Shown: one piece after another, positions 27,104 through 39,900 of the stretch
Numbering within the stretch: the first letter of the stretch is position 1
How the letters are laid out: each line of letters starts with the position of its first letter
Assembly: GCA_951804945.1 (NCBI GenBank)
Contig: OX638153.1
Coordinates: 29,884,001-29,948,000 of the forward strand
Direction: 5' to 3'
Source of the DNA: Podarcis cretensis
Taxonomy: Eukaryota
Length of the DNA stretch: 64,000 bases
Translations under genes and position numbers: made by a program
The notes under the pieces: model-generated
Told to the model about the DNA's origin: nothing
The model's database searches: none
The model's input: the letters and a program-made list of their open reading frames with translations, nothing else

Positions 27104-27399
27104 TTTTATACTTCTATTTTGCACTTGATTGTCTTAATTTTTTATTTTTTATATTTCTTGGGCATTTTCTCTTCTGAAGGATAGTACACACAGCAAAGGA
27201 GCACTTTATCCATTCATACAAATGCATCTTAGTAATAGCTTGAAGCTACAGGTAAGATTGCCCTTTCCCCACTTTTATCTGCTCCTGTGCTTTTAACAGC
27301 AGTTTCATCTGCAGGCATTAGCAGATGCAACTAAATTCCACCTCAGTGTCTGGAGTGGAAGCTACTCCTTGTATTTTCTGCATCTGAAGCTCCTGTTAA

Positions 27400-28060
27400 A
27401 GGCACAATTACTTTAGGAACTTAAAAAACAAAGAATTAAAACATAAGACATAAGAAATAAAGCAAACACAAAATTAGCCTAAAAACAATTTGCAGACTAT
27501 TTAAAACCTTGGGAAAATTAAAAGGGCTTCATCTGGTGCTGAAATGATACACCAGGCAAGTTCTCCTGGGGAAAGCATGCTGCAGTTAAGGTGCCACCAC
27601 ACCTCAGTTGAGTATCTTGGTATACATGCAGACAAATGTGAAAACAAGCAGTGTTAAAGTATCCTGGAACCAAGCTTTTGGAAATCAAAACCAGCACTTA
27701 TGCTTTCCAGGTATAATGTATTATAGCCTAATTGCAGTTTCCAAAGAGTCTTCAAAGGGAGCCCAATATATTATAGCACATTAATCTGTTATTAGCAGGT
27801 AATCAAGTTACTAGGGCATGGATTGCTGAGGTCAGGGTATCTCTGTCCATGTAAGCGGCTACAATAGAGGTGTCCTGATATTGTTATCGTTCCAAACTGT
27901 GCCACAGGGGCAGTGTGTACCTCCAAAAACACAGATGGGTCAAGGAGCACCCCAGACTCTAGTTTGTTTCTTTGAGGGAGTGAAGCCCAGTCTAGTGAAG
28001 TATTACTAGTATTAGTAAAATATTACTCACCCAGGCAGTTTTCTACATTTCTAAATAGAT
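27400..28060 (-). mobile_element. Degenerate L2-type LINE fragment
   Basis: A-rich reversed tail followed by L2-like sequence; approximate. Confidence 0.4.
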
Positions 28061-29049
28061 ATGAGTGTCATCTGTATTTGAAGTCACCTCAAAACATGTT
28101 GGGAGACATGGCAGAACAGTGCAAGGTCCCATAGCAATAGATGGCAATAAGTGGAACTGTACCTCTCTAGCACCATCTTCTTTCCAAACTCTGACCCATC
28201 AAAAGCCAATGCAAAGTTCAGGAGAATCAACAGGATTATTGCATGGTATGCCACTCTTTAAATATTTTAATTTAAATTGTTTTTTAGCTTTGGAAAGATA
28301 AGACAGGATATGGTTTCACTGTTGGAAGTTTGTGATTAACAATGTTCTCTTCTGTCTTAATTGCTTAATTAATTTTCACACTTGCACTATTCTATTGCAC
28401 AGAAGCTAAACACAATTGATCAGTTATTTTGGATTATTTTAGGGGAGGAAACCACAAATTGAAACCTTGTTCATTCCCTAAGGGTGACTTCTTTGACAGA
28501 TGAACCAGCTGCTTGTCCTGAAAAGCTGTACTATTATGCTTTGTGGCATTTATATTGGCTGAGATTTTTTCTTCATCTGGTACAGCTCCTCTGCCGTTAA
28601 AGAGTTAAATAGCTGGCAAAAATAAGCACGTTTCGCAACTAATGCTTGTTTTGGGAAAAGCATGTGTGTCTCTTGTAGCTAAGTGCTTTCAAAATAAAAC
28701 CGTATTCCTGTTGCTGATACAGTAATTAATATTGTGGCAGAAATCAGTGTGGTTTGTTCTTTTGTTGTCGTCTTGTGGCGTTTAGTTCTGTTTATTTAGT
28801 CCACGGAACGCTCAACACTGGATAACCCACCAGCTTTCATTTAAAGTGACATTTCTAACTGTACCTGAAATAATTAAACTACAGTATTGGCGGTTGGAGA
28901 GAAAATGTGAAGTATTCCCGTGGCGTGACACTGCGCATTTGAGCACTGGAAATTTGTAAGATTGGTCCAAACATATAAATATTAAAGCAGTAACATTTCG
29001 TTTTCTATTTTGGGCTCGTGGTTTTTCAACGCTTGGGGTGCATTCTGAG

Positions 29050-30250
29050 CTTCAGGTAGGCAGCGGGCGTCAGGAAGCGTTTCTGTTTGCCTCATGGCAC
29101 CGCAGAATCTGAGGCGCTTCTTTAGGCCCGGACCTTTCAACCTCGACATTCCCTCAAGGTGCCTACTCTACAGTAAGATGGCGCTGCTGTTATGACCCGC
29201 CAAGCAAAGTGGCGACGGAATACGACGTAATGCAAATCGAATGACGGCTTTCCTCATAGGATTCTTCGCTTCTCGATCGTTAGGGAGGGAGGGGCTTCCC
29301 TTGACGCATGCGCGCCGTTACTTCCCTTCCTTGTTTTGGAGACGGCGACCCCATCTTCCCGGAGCACGTGTACGAGGGAGGGGCGGAGAAATCTCACTTC
29401 GAGACGTCACCGAGGTGCGCGGCGCCCGAGTGAATCGCCCCCTCCAACCCGTCCTCGCTCGCGCTCCACTTCGACGCATGCGCCGTACCTCGATTATCCG
29501 TGTGCGCGGGGTGTCGGAGGGGGTGGGGAATGTGCCGGAGGAGTTTGAAATGGCCCCTGTGAGTCCTCATTCGGCCCGCGCCAGGTAAAGGGTCGTCGGG
29601 GTTGAGGCGCGTCAAAGGCGCCGAGGCCGGGTTGGCCGTTTCAGAAGTGACGAGCCTTGAGGTTTCCGACAGCGGCCCTTGGGCGGGCTGGGCAATGCGA
29701 GAGAGGGAGGCTCTTCTCCCCGGCGGCAGGCAGGCAGGCAGGCCTCTGCCCCTCATTGTTGTTGCAGGAGGAGGAGGAGGCGCGTCTCCCGCTCTGCTTT
29801 CTCCTCGCGCCCCTGTCCCTCCACCTGAGGAGGAAGAGCGAGAGAGCTGGCTGGCAGTTTCGCCCTCAAAGGCCTCTTGTCTGTGTCCCCGCCCGCCCGC
29901 CCTCCATCCACCTCTTCTCGCCCCCCACCCCGCGTGCCTCGCATGCATGGGGAGCGCGAGAGCCACCCAATAGTTACTTCTTTGTTTCACTCCGTGAATT
30001 TCCTCCACTCGCATTCTCTCGTTCCTTATTTGTAGGCCTTGTTTGTGTCGCCCCCCCCCCACCAACGTATCCCATTAAATACAATATATCTTCCATCCTG
30101 CCGGTGAGGTTTTCTTTGCAAGTGGTTCACACAGGACAATTGGACGTGTGATTGCTAAGAAGCGAGTCGGACTGAGCTCAGTTAAGCTGGCTGTCAGGTG
30201 CTCGCGACCTCAGTCTGCCTACGTGCAGGTTTCTAGTGGACGTTGCTTTT
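29050..30250 (+). promoter_or_regulatory. CCAR1: CpG-island promoter of CCAR1
   Basis: High GC/CpG. YY1 AAGATGGCG 29175-29183; octamer ATGCAAAT 29230-29237; NRF1-like CGCATGCGC at 29305 and 29475; E-box CACGTG 29365-29370; CRE-like GACGTCA 29403-29409. Confidence 0.85.
29480..29584 (+). other. CCAR1: CCAR1 non-coding exon 1 (start approximate; candidate donors after 29558 GTGAGT and after 29584 GTAAAG)
   Basis: Consensus donors inside the CpG island; the CCAR1 ATG lies in the next exon. Confidence 0.55.
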
Positions 30251-30923
30251 TCTCTCTCCCGCGCTAACTTCTCGGGAAACTTCCGTTTTCAAGAGATTGC
30301 TTTTCATCTTTATTCTCCGAATACATATTGCTTTGGAATGCAGTCTCCGTTTCTGTCTCAGGCCTAAGTGTTTCAGTATACCTGGTATTTTCCCCTGCTC
30401 TTTCGCACAGCAGCTCCAGTCGCTGGACTCCCCTAGGTTCACAATCGCTGATATTTACAGTGCAAAGACCTGTTCTTTAACTGCGGTGCCATTTTAAAGT
30501 CTGCAAGTCAATTAAACTTCTGTGAACAAAGCGATAGCGTTGCTCTTGGTAAGGTGCCATATTATGTTGCAGATGCATCCACACCTTGAAAGATGAGCTT
30601 CTAGAAGTCTTTGTTACAGCTACGTATTGAACTTTTGTCAAAAACCAGGTTTTTTAATGCATTTACTTAGAACATCCAGGTGTTTATTTGCCTATGACTT
30701 TTGTGCAATCCTCCCCAACCAAAGGTTAGTTTAATAATTGTACTATTGTTAATTTACTTTAAAACGTTATTTGCCACATCACGCGTTGAAAACCAGTCTG
30801 TCTAATCTGGAATAGACTTGCATTAAAATAATTTAAGTGTTAGTGTGGTTTTCATAAAGTTATTTATTTTGATAGGTCACAGTTGTAGAAGACTAAAACA
30901 GCAAAAGAATTTTGTCGCTCACC

Positions 30924-30996
30924 ATGGCTCAGTTTGGAGGACAGAAGAATCCCCCTTGGGCTACCCAGTTTACAGCCACTGCAGTATCTCAACCAG
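30924..30996 (+). CDS. CCAR1: CCAR1 exon 2 coding part (exon starts ~30876)
   Basis: accATGG Kozak; MAQFGGQKNPPWATQFTATAVSQP; gtcagc donor. Confidence 0.93.
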
Positions 30997-33900
30997 GTCA
31001 GCGTTTATATTTCTTTTTAACCAGTAACCACTGCCTTAGCTTCAATCTGACATTCTTCAAGGTTTCATACTTTTTGTCAGAGGAAACCAAAATAAAATAA
31101 ATAGTTCAAAGGGTTTTAATTGATAAATTGGATTGATTAAAATGCTTTGTCCAGCCAACAAGGTGATCCTGTTTAATTAGCAGAACTATTTAAAAAAAAA
31201 TGTTTTAATAAGTTCATTAAAAATGCATGCCATCAAACACCTTAAATGAATAATTTATTCTGATGTGACAGATGAGGAATGCTTCTTCTAAGATTTTGCC
31301 ACACACATATGCATTATCATAAAGATGGTGTGCTTTTTTCTTTAGTAGTATTTATTTTTCATATGCATATATATGTGGATTTAATAATTTTATCTAGGTG
31401 ACATCCCTAAAACTCAGCAATTCTTAAATGTAGCATTGTGTTTATATGGAAAGGGCAGGAAATTTGCTTTGAATACATCATGCTTTGAATACATATTGGT
31501 GCCCCTGTTATACAGAGACTGGATTTAGCTTGAAATAGTAAGTAGCATATTTTGCTAGTTGTTGAGCCAACTATGCTTTGCAGTATCCCACATTCAAACA
31601 AGTTATTAAAACAGGAATGCTACATTTCTTCAGAAGCATGGTTTTCTTCCTTGTTCCCAAGGTGGTTTTTTTGCTGCTTAAAAGGGAAGAACCTGATAAT
31701 TTTTACAGACTTGGGCCTTCAGCTGGTATTTTTCCAACTCTGTTTTCAAAGTTTCTGTAAGTGTTTAAGAGTTTGGAACATGAAGTTCAAGGCTAAGAAT
31801 GCTTAGCTGAACATATCAGAATTTGTCTAATATATGGTCACTTTACAAATAATATTTTGCTTTCTGTTAGTGCCCTTAGGTAAAATGGAAATAAAATTGA
31901 ATGAGGTCTAAATTACAGAAGCTTGAAGGACCAGTAAAATTTGAGAATGAGCAGTTTTAACTGTGAGGCCTGAAATGAAATGAAATTGTTAATTGCATAA
32001 TTATTTCTGGGCTTTCCCCTCTAAGCATGTGCAGCACCTCTTCCATGATCATGATGAGGCTTAGATGCTGCTACTAAGCCCAAATAATATACCATGTTAT
32101 TTACCATGTTATAGTTTCTCTTCTTCCCTCTCCCCTGCTGCATCTATTAGCTGGCAGTAGCAGGTGCTTGCATACTCTTATGGTGCATCAGTTGTCAGCT
32201 CCATTTTTATTCTTCATATATTTTGTAACAATTGTTTGAATAAATGCAGAATGATTTATATCATATACTGTTTTGTTAATTGTTAAGTAGCACATTATAT
32301 CTTTAAATGTTTAAGTTACAGTTTGATACATCAGCCAGTATTGCATTTATTTTCCTCAAAATGTTTCTTCCTTGGCTTCAAAAGATCCAGAATTCATCTA
32401 TATTTAGCATCAGATCATTAAGTCTGTAATGTGGTTTGAAAATGGCCTGTGATCTGGCACACCAAGAAGTCTTGGCATAAAGCATACTCCATCCTTAATT
32501 TCCTATAACTGAATATACCTATTAGCTTTAAGGCTAGGTTTTTATTATTGCTCTCAGTTTTATGTTCCAAGTGAAGAGTTGCTGAAGACTCCATTGCTTT
32601 GTTGCTTTGGATCTATCCTGCCAACTGTGTGTGTTAAGCCCCATGTAGTAAACATGAGCTATAATATTCTTTGGCTCTAAACTAAAGTAAAGTTGAACCT
32701 TTTCTGCATTTGAACAGCAGCTCCTATATAAAAAGTGCATGTGCTGTATATTGGGGTGCAAGGAAGAGCCATTTCCCCACAAGCTTTGACTTACAGGAGG
32801 AAATCCTTAGTGCTGTTAAACCCCATGTTTGACCATGATGAGACTGTACTACCCACCGACCCCAAACTAAGATGTCCTAATGCTTAAATCCTACATTTTC
32901 AGCTGCTCTTGGTGTTCAGCAACCATCCTTACTTGGAGCATCTCCTACAATATATACACAACAAACTGCATTAGCAGCAGCAGGCCTCAGTACTCAGACA
33001 CCAACAAACTATCAGCTCAGTCAGACAGCTGCTTTACAACAGCAAGCTGCAGCCGCAGCAGCCGCATTACAGCAGGTAAATGGAACTGCATCTGCTGACT
33101 CCTATTTTTGTGCAGCCAGTGAGTGGCAACTTCAGTAAAACAAGCCGAGGTCCAGATAAACTTTATAATCTGCTTTGAGATTTTTATTTGTAAAATGATT
33201 TTACTATTGTTTAGATACTGAATGCTATATAGTTTTTATGTAGTCTGTCATGTCTAGGGCTTTCTTGTCGTAATTACACTGAGCCTCTGTTTGGTGTTCT
33301 CAAAATATCACATACCCTCAGAAATAGGGAAATCTTTTTAGTAGGGACAAATGTTATTTGTTAGTGTCTTTCTCTAACAATGGGTACCGAAAAAGACGTT
33401 GGAAAAGCTAATAAAACACTAAATCACAATTCTGTAAACTAGAGTAAAAACTAGTGATGCATCAGATTTTAATGCTTAAAACATTTTTGGAGAAAGTTAG
33501 GTTTTCAAGGGATTTGGCAAGTACCTAAACACATTCACATACCCCTTAGTGCCTTTCCCTAGTTCTTAAGTATGTTCGTGGTTATTATTATTATTTGTTA
33601 GTCGCTTTATACAAAACTCTCAAACATATGCTGCTGGTATAGCATAATTTCGTTCCTCACAGTATGATCTTCACTATAGCAACGTGATTGGATTTGGCTA
33701 CGTGATGATGTCACTGAAAGTACCACAGCCCTCACTTTGCTTTTATTCTTGAGGAAAAGAAGAAACATTTGCCTGTTGCGAAAGCAATTAGTCTGTTCCC
33801 AGCCAAACGATGCTGGTGATTTCTTGATGCACAGTACTGGCAAGCAATGACTTGTGTCCTGATCCAGTTCTATTTATATATTAAATTTGTACCCCACCTT

Positions 33901-36900
33901 TCATAGTTATGTGTGACCAGTTGCAACAGAATATAGATGAGAATGTGCATCCTACTGATACTGTAGTGTAGATCAACTGCAGCTGTATGCAGATGTTGTC
34001 CTTGCCACTGTTTTCAATGGGATGTGTTTCCAAATGTGTGGACATTCTCTTATAACTAGCAAACAGCAAATAGATTTGAGTGAAGGAGTGATGGCCTAAT
34101 TCACCTTCACATATTTGCAAAGTGGTTTGAATAATTGCAGAAAAGTAGGGGGCACTCTTCACAGGGAGTGAAAAGTTTCATGCAGGGCTCCTTTTGCTTG
34201 CCACTAATAAAATCATTACAGCATATCTGTCCCCTGTGGTTTAACCCAAATTAGGTCAAACTAGGATGTGTTAATGAACTAGAATATTTAATCTGCAGCT
34301 GGCATAACTGGGTGTTGTGATCTTGCGAAGCTCTTGTTCATTTCATTAAGGCTTGCTTATGGATATTTCATAGCAGATTGTACTCGGCATTTGTTAATTT
34401 AGTTCATGTTGTAATATCTAGACTGATTTTTAAAAAACAATAAATGCTTTTCTGAGAAGATACAATACTGTTTTGTTCAGCTGATGAAATAATAGAAATG
34501 CAAGTATCGTCTTTTTTGTCTTAAACTTTATTTCTACAGTTTGGTTTTGCCATATTTACATTTCTCTGAGATTGTAGTATACAGATATATCTTTTTGGAG
34601 TACTGTCTAGTTATCAATTCTGATTCTGTTTTTCAGCAATATTCACAACCACAGCAGACCCTCTATAGTGTACAACAGCAGGTTTGTTCACCTCTTTGTG
34701 TGCATATTGTCAGTCTCTTATCTGCTCTGTCTGAATTGGTCCATAGTCTTCCAGTTCTGGGTGATAGCCCAAAAATGTATTTGTTTTATGTCGTTAAATA
34801 CAGAAATGATTGAAATGTTCACATTAACTGACATGTAAAACCATTTATCCACCAATATACCTCCCTACTTAACGTAGCCTCACTTTAACATATCCTCCAA
34901 CACTCATAACGTGGTGGAGGATTCAACAATGAAGTCTTATATTCCTCCTCCCAGTGTCACATCAGACTGAGCAATTTCAATATATGCTAACAAACTGNNN
35001 NNNNNNNNNNNNNNNNNNNNNNNNNNNNNNNNNNNNNNNNNNNNNNNNNNNNNNNNNNNNNNNNNNNNNNNNNNNNNNNNNNNNNNNNNNNNNNNNNNNN
35101 NNNNNNNNNNNNNNNNNNNNNNNNNNNNNNNNNNNNNNNNNNNNNNNNNNNNNNNNNATAGCTACCTTATCATAGTGGGTTGTATCCAACCGCAGACTTC
35201 TGCTTGCTCAATGGAACTTTCCCCTCTTATCTCTTTCAGCCTCCCCAGCCCACAACCTCAGAATCTGCTCCAGAGGGTTGAAAGACAATTCAGAGCAGAT
35301 TCTGAGGACATGTGGGGAGACGAAGAGGAAGGGAAAGTCTCACTGTGAGCAGATCTCTGCAAATGCAGTGTGATATGCAACCCTATGTGTGCAAATTGCT
35401 GTGCCCTTATATTTGAATCTCTACAGAACCGTAGTGACTTAACTAAGGAATCTTGGAAACTGTTTTTCTGCTGTGATGAAACTGATCTATATTGTTGTCA
35501 AAAAAGGGTTCATTTGCTGGGTTCTTTGAGAAGAGTAATGAGGAGACAGAAGTTGGTCTGAGTATGGTAATGAGGGAAGTGGATGTACCCCAACCCTCAT
35601 ATATTGTCTTGGATACTAAGAAGGGGGAGGATTGGTCTTGCCTTATCCTTTGTATCACATCTTCCCCCTGAACCTCAGCCACTGGGGCGATTCAGAATGA
35701 GCCACAAAATAGAGGCACATTATAATCTAGAATTAGTGGATGGGATAACTATATTGGTAGTGTTGGAAAATGTGCTTTCAAGGACTCATCTTTGGACAAT
35801 AGACATCTGCTGTTGATACATGGCGATCTTGCCCTGCCATTGCCATTTTTAGTCTTGATTCATCCCGTATTACATAAAAGGGAAAATCCCAAACCCCAGC
35901 CACTGGTCTGTGTGGTTTTATGGAGTTGTGGAGCCACTGCTGTATCCACAGCCCTACCATGCCAGAGCAAAAGTTGTGGGGGTAGGGTGATAGCTGCAGG
36001 AGCCTGAACTTGACGCAGCCTGATGCCATCACACAATGGTAATGATATCTGCTCAGGATCCAACATACCCTGGGCCAGCTCAGCCCACCCCACCTCCAGA
36101 ATACTCCAATTTGGGACCTTCGGCTGGCTCCTGCTGGTGGGGGTCTTGCTAGTAAAAGGTAAAGGTACCCCTAACCGCTAGGTCCAGTCGCGGACGACTC
36201 TGGGGTTGTGCACTCATCTCGCTCTATAGGCCGAGGGAGCTGGCCTTAGTCCGCAGACAGCTTCCAGGTCATGTGGGCAGCATGACTAAGCCGCTTCTGG
36301 CGAACCAGAGCAGCGCACGGAAACACCGTTCCTTCCATACACCCATTCTGGCAGCAAAGTGATGCTTCTGTCCTCCTGGTGGTGGCAGCCGGTGGAAGAC
36401 CAGTATTGCTGAGCAGAGGGGCACCACCTAATTCATCCCCTCTAAGCCTAGCACAAAGGGAGTTTGGACTACTCTGCAAGAGTGGAAAGCTAAGTGTTCG
36501 CCAAAACTGCATAAAGAGCAGCTATTGTATAGAATGCAGGTATAGGCAATCATGAAAACATTTTGCAGCTATTTCTCAAAGCTAAATATGGCTAAAGAGG
36601 AAGCTGGACTTGCACAAAGCATAAAAAGTAATTCATGGTCTTGTATTTTTTAAGTTGCAGCAACCTCAGCAAACTCTTCTAACCCAGGTTAGTTTTATTA
36701 AAGCTTTCATCACTGTATAATAAATTTGCCTGTGCACTTGTCAGCTCTGCTTTTGTTTAAAGTTTTAAACATAATGGTACCTTTATTATGTCTCATGTAA
36801 TACAGACAACTGGTAGTTCAGTCCAATGTGTTCTTTATCCCTTTGATTACCTCCCCCTCCCAAACCAAAATATAAGTGCCTTTGTAGTTCTACTGTTATA

Positions 36901-39900
36901 GAGAGATATTAATTTCATGTCATTAGAAGGGGTATTTCTAATGCATATTTTCTCTTAGACTTCTGTTGATGCTTTTAAGTTTTTTGATATTTACACCAAT
37001 GGTTAAGACTAGAAACTTAGGCTGCCATTCTGTGCACACTTACTAGGAAGTAATCTCTATTGAATATGATGAAATTTACTTCTAAGTAAACCTGCATAGG
37101 ATTGTGCTGTAAGTAGTATACAGATATTTGAAGAGACTTTTCTTAGGACAGGAAAGTAATTATTTTATGTTCATAAAAAGTAGTGGACAAAAGGTACATA
37201 CAGTCTGTCCTCCCCCCCCTCCCCCCCCGGCAAGGCAGCCTATATTGCACTTGAAAATTCTGAAACATTTTGCAGCAATGTAAGATATTCATATTTTTGT
37301 CTGTGCTAGTCTTTCAGAAAACGTTTTAAACATATGTTTCAATGTGCATAACCACTTTAAGGAGGTCAAAATATAGCATAGGAAAGAATAGGTTGCCGAA
37401 AAGATCATTGATACAAACTAAATAATAGAAGCAAAATTCAAAATCTGGAAATGTTCTTGGAAAACATCAATTACATAGCAACTGAAAAACAATCTCTGCT
37501 TCCAGATCATGATTGGTGCTAGTCTGAAGGCATTTCTGTGTTCTGATGTGCATTTACAGTTTTCATGTTTGAGGTTATTTTTATAGAAATACAAATAAGC
37601 CTACAGTTTGAGGAAATGATTTGGAAGAAATGGCCACCATAATAAGCAGGTGGGGTTTTTGATATATTGGTTGAACCAGCTTGTGCAACTGCAGTTTGAT
37701 AGGAGAAAAATCAAGGTTTATCTGTTTTTTCCTCCCCCAATGTAAAAAGGTATAGTTTTTTGCACTTCGTACAATGCAACTTTAGTTCAAAATAATTTTT
37801 CAGAGTGTGTGGCCTTTGACACCTGAGACATGTTTTCAGACCCCACCCTATTCTTGTGGATGTAATTTTTAAAAACATTTTAAATACTGAATTTTAAATT
37901 GTTGGGACCTGATGGTGAAGAATGGGTAATAAACTGAAAAAATACAAATTATTATTATCATTATTTCAGCTATACTATTTAGAAGATTGTCAATGCTTAC
38001 ATAATTTCATGTTTTATTTTGCACGCAGCCAGCTGTGGCACTGCCAACAAGCCTTAGCCTATCTACTCCTCAGCCAGCAGCACAGATAACTGTTTCTTAT
38101 CCAGCACCTCGGTCAAGTCAGCAGCAGAGCCAACCACAGAAGCAGCGTGTCTTTACTGGAGTAGTTACAAAGCTACATGACACGTTTGGTTTTGTGGATG
38201 AAGATGTATTCTTCCAGCTCAGGTAACTTAATTCTACCATACGTGGACAAGTGGTGATACTGATAAAATGCATGAGAAATAATATAGAGAAAGAAGTTTA
38301 TCGAGAATTATGGTAGTGTGATGTCTAATAATGCGACTCTTTTCATTTTGCAGTGCTGTGAAAGGGAAGAGTCCTCAAGTAGGAGACAGAGTTTTGGTAG
38401 AAGCAACATATAACCCTAATATGCCTTTCAAATGGAATGCGCAGAGAATTCAGACACTACCAAATCAGGTATATACAGTCACTCAGTCTGACTCTTGTCG
38501 GCACCTTTAGTGTAAAGCTGATTCACAAGTTGTTCCCTTTTTCCTCCTCGTTAGAACCAGACTCAAACCCAGCCTTTACTTAAGACTCCTCCACCTGTAC
38601 TTCAGCCTATTGCACAGCAGACTGCATTCAGTGTGCAGCCACAGCCGCAGCCACAGTCGCTGCTACAGGCACAGATATCAGCGGCTTCTATTACACCTTT
38701 GCTTCAGACACAACCACAGCCTTTGTTACAACAGCCACAGCAGAAAGGTATTTCTTCAATACTTGACATATATTGGAAGTTTTCTTTTCAAAAAAAATGT
38801 AGAAGAATATAACTGACTGAATAGTATCAAGGCTATATGGTCTTCAGTTTACCTTGTAGCTGAAGTGCAAGAGAGATGCTGCATTCTGAAGTCAGAACAA
38901 ACCATGATTTCTTGTGATGGGAACTTCAGGCTTGCGTATTCCCGCACACGCAGGGTATAGTTGTTAAAGCTTCCAATTGCTGTTTGTAACCACAATTTCC
39001 AATTTTATCCCAGTACAGAAAACTGCTTATACAAACCATGGTTATTTAACCAAGTTCAATTCTCATTTAACTAGCTATGATATGTATAAACCACACATTC
39101 CCATATTCAGATGAAATGGGAAACTGCCTTGTTGCAAACTGCAACAGGAAACCTTGTGTGCAAAAGGTGGGAATGTAGCTTATAAACCTGACAATCACCA
39201 TAGCACATTCTCATAATGTTAAACTGGTTTATTATAGCATTGGAATGTAGAACCCAGCCACACATTTTGTAATCAAGGTTCTCCGTGGATATGCTATGAT
39301 TTTGTTTATAACTATAGTCTAAACTTTGTGTTGCCTGTTAGTATCCATAATATATATGCATTTTAACATCAGCTGTAGAATACCATGCTTCATCCTTCTA
39401 AAGAATAAAAGTGAGCCCCTCCATTAAGAACAAGGTACCTCTAAAAAAACATTGTAGCACCAGAATTCATAATCACTTTGTGGTTACTTCTTGCATAAAA
39501 TAGGTTGGCATTAGGGCTGGTAAATTGACTAGTTCTGTGGTTTCTGAAGAGGTAAATAAAAAATATGGGTGTCATTCATGTAGAGCCTTAACCTTCAAGA
39601 GAACCTGTTTAGTGTCTACATAGAAACTGTTGATGTTTTGGACTTTACTTGAGCAATCTGAACTAAGGGGAAGTTACCTTGTTTGGTTTGGTTTTAAATC
39701 TGTTTTGCCCGCATGTTCTTTCTTAGGCCTCCTTCTGCTCTGTGGACTTTGTATTTGCTTGCACTGTTTCTGAGGCTCATCCTGTTGTGTGACATCTGGC
39801 ACAATTGCTTGCTGTTATATGCTCTGGTAGACATTTTCTTGAGTACTGTTGCTCAGTCTTCTTTCCTACAGCTTGAGTCAAATCTAGACCTCTTTTTCTT

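Larger units (their letters stand above)
14735..27125 (+). other. TET1: Putative long TET1 3'UTR
   Basis: AU-rich, with multiple miR-29/miR-26/AAGUGCU-family seed matches and Pumilio elements spread to 26750. Ends with AATAAA at 27098 followed by a U-rich tract. The extent is inferred. Confidence 0.55.

Noticed and set aside
29241-30151. Several long ORFs (115-223 aa) on both strands
   Set aside because: They lie in a GC-rich CpG island where stops are rare; low-complexity products with no recognisable domain.
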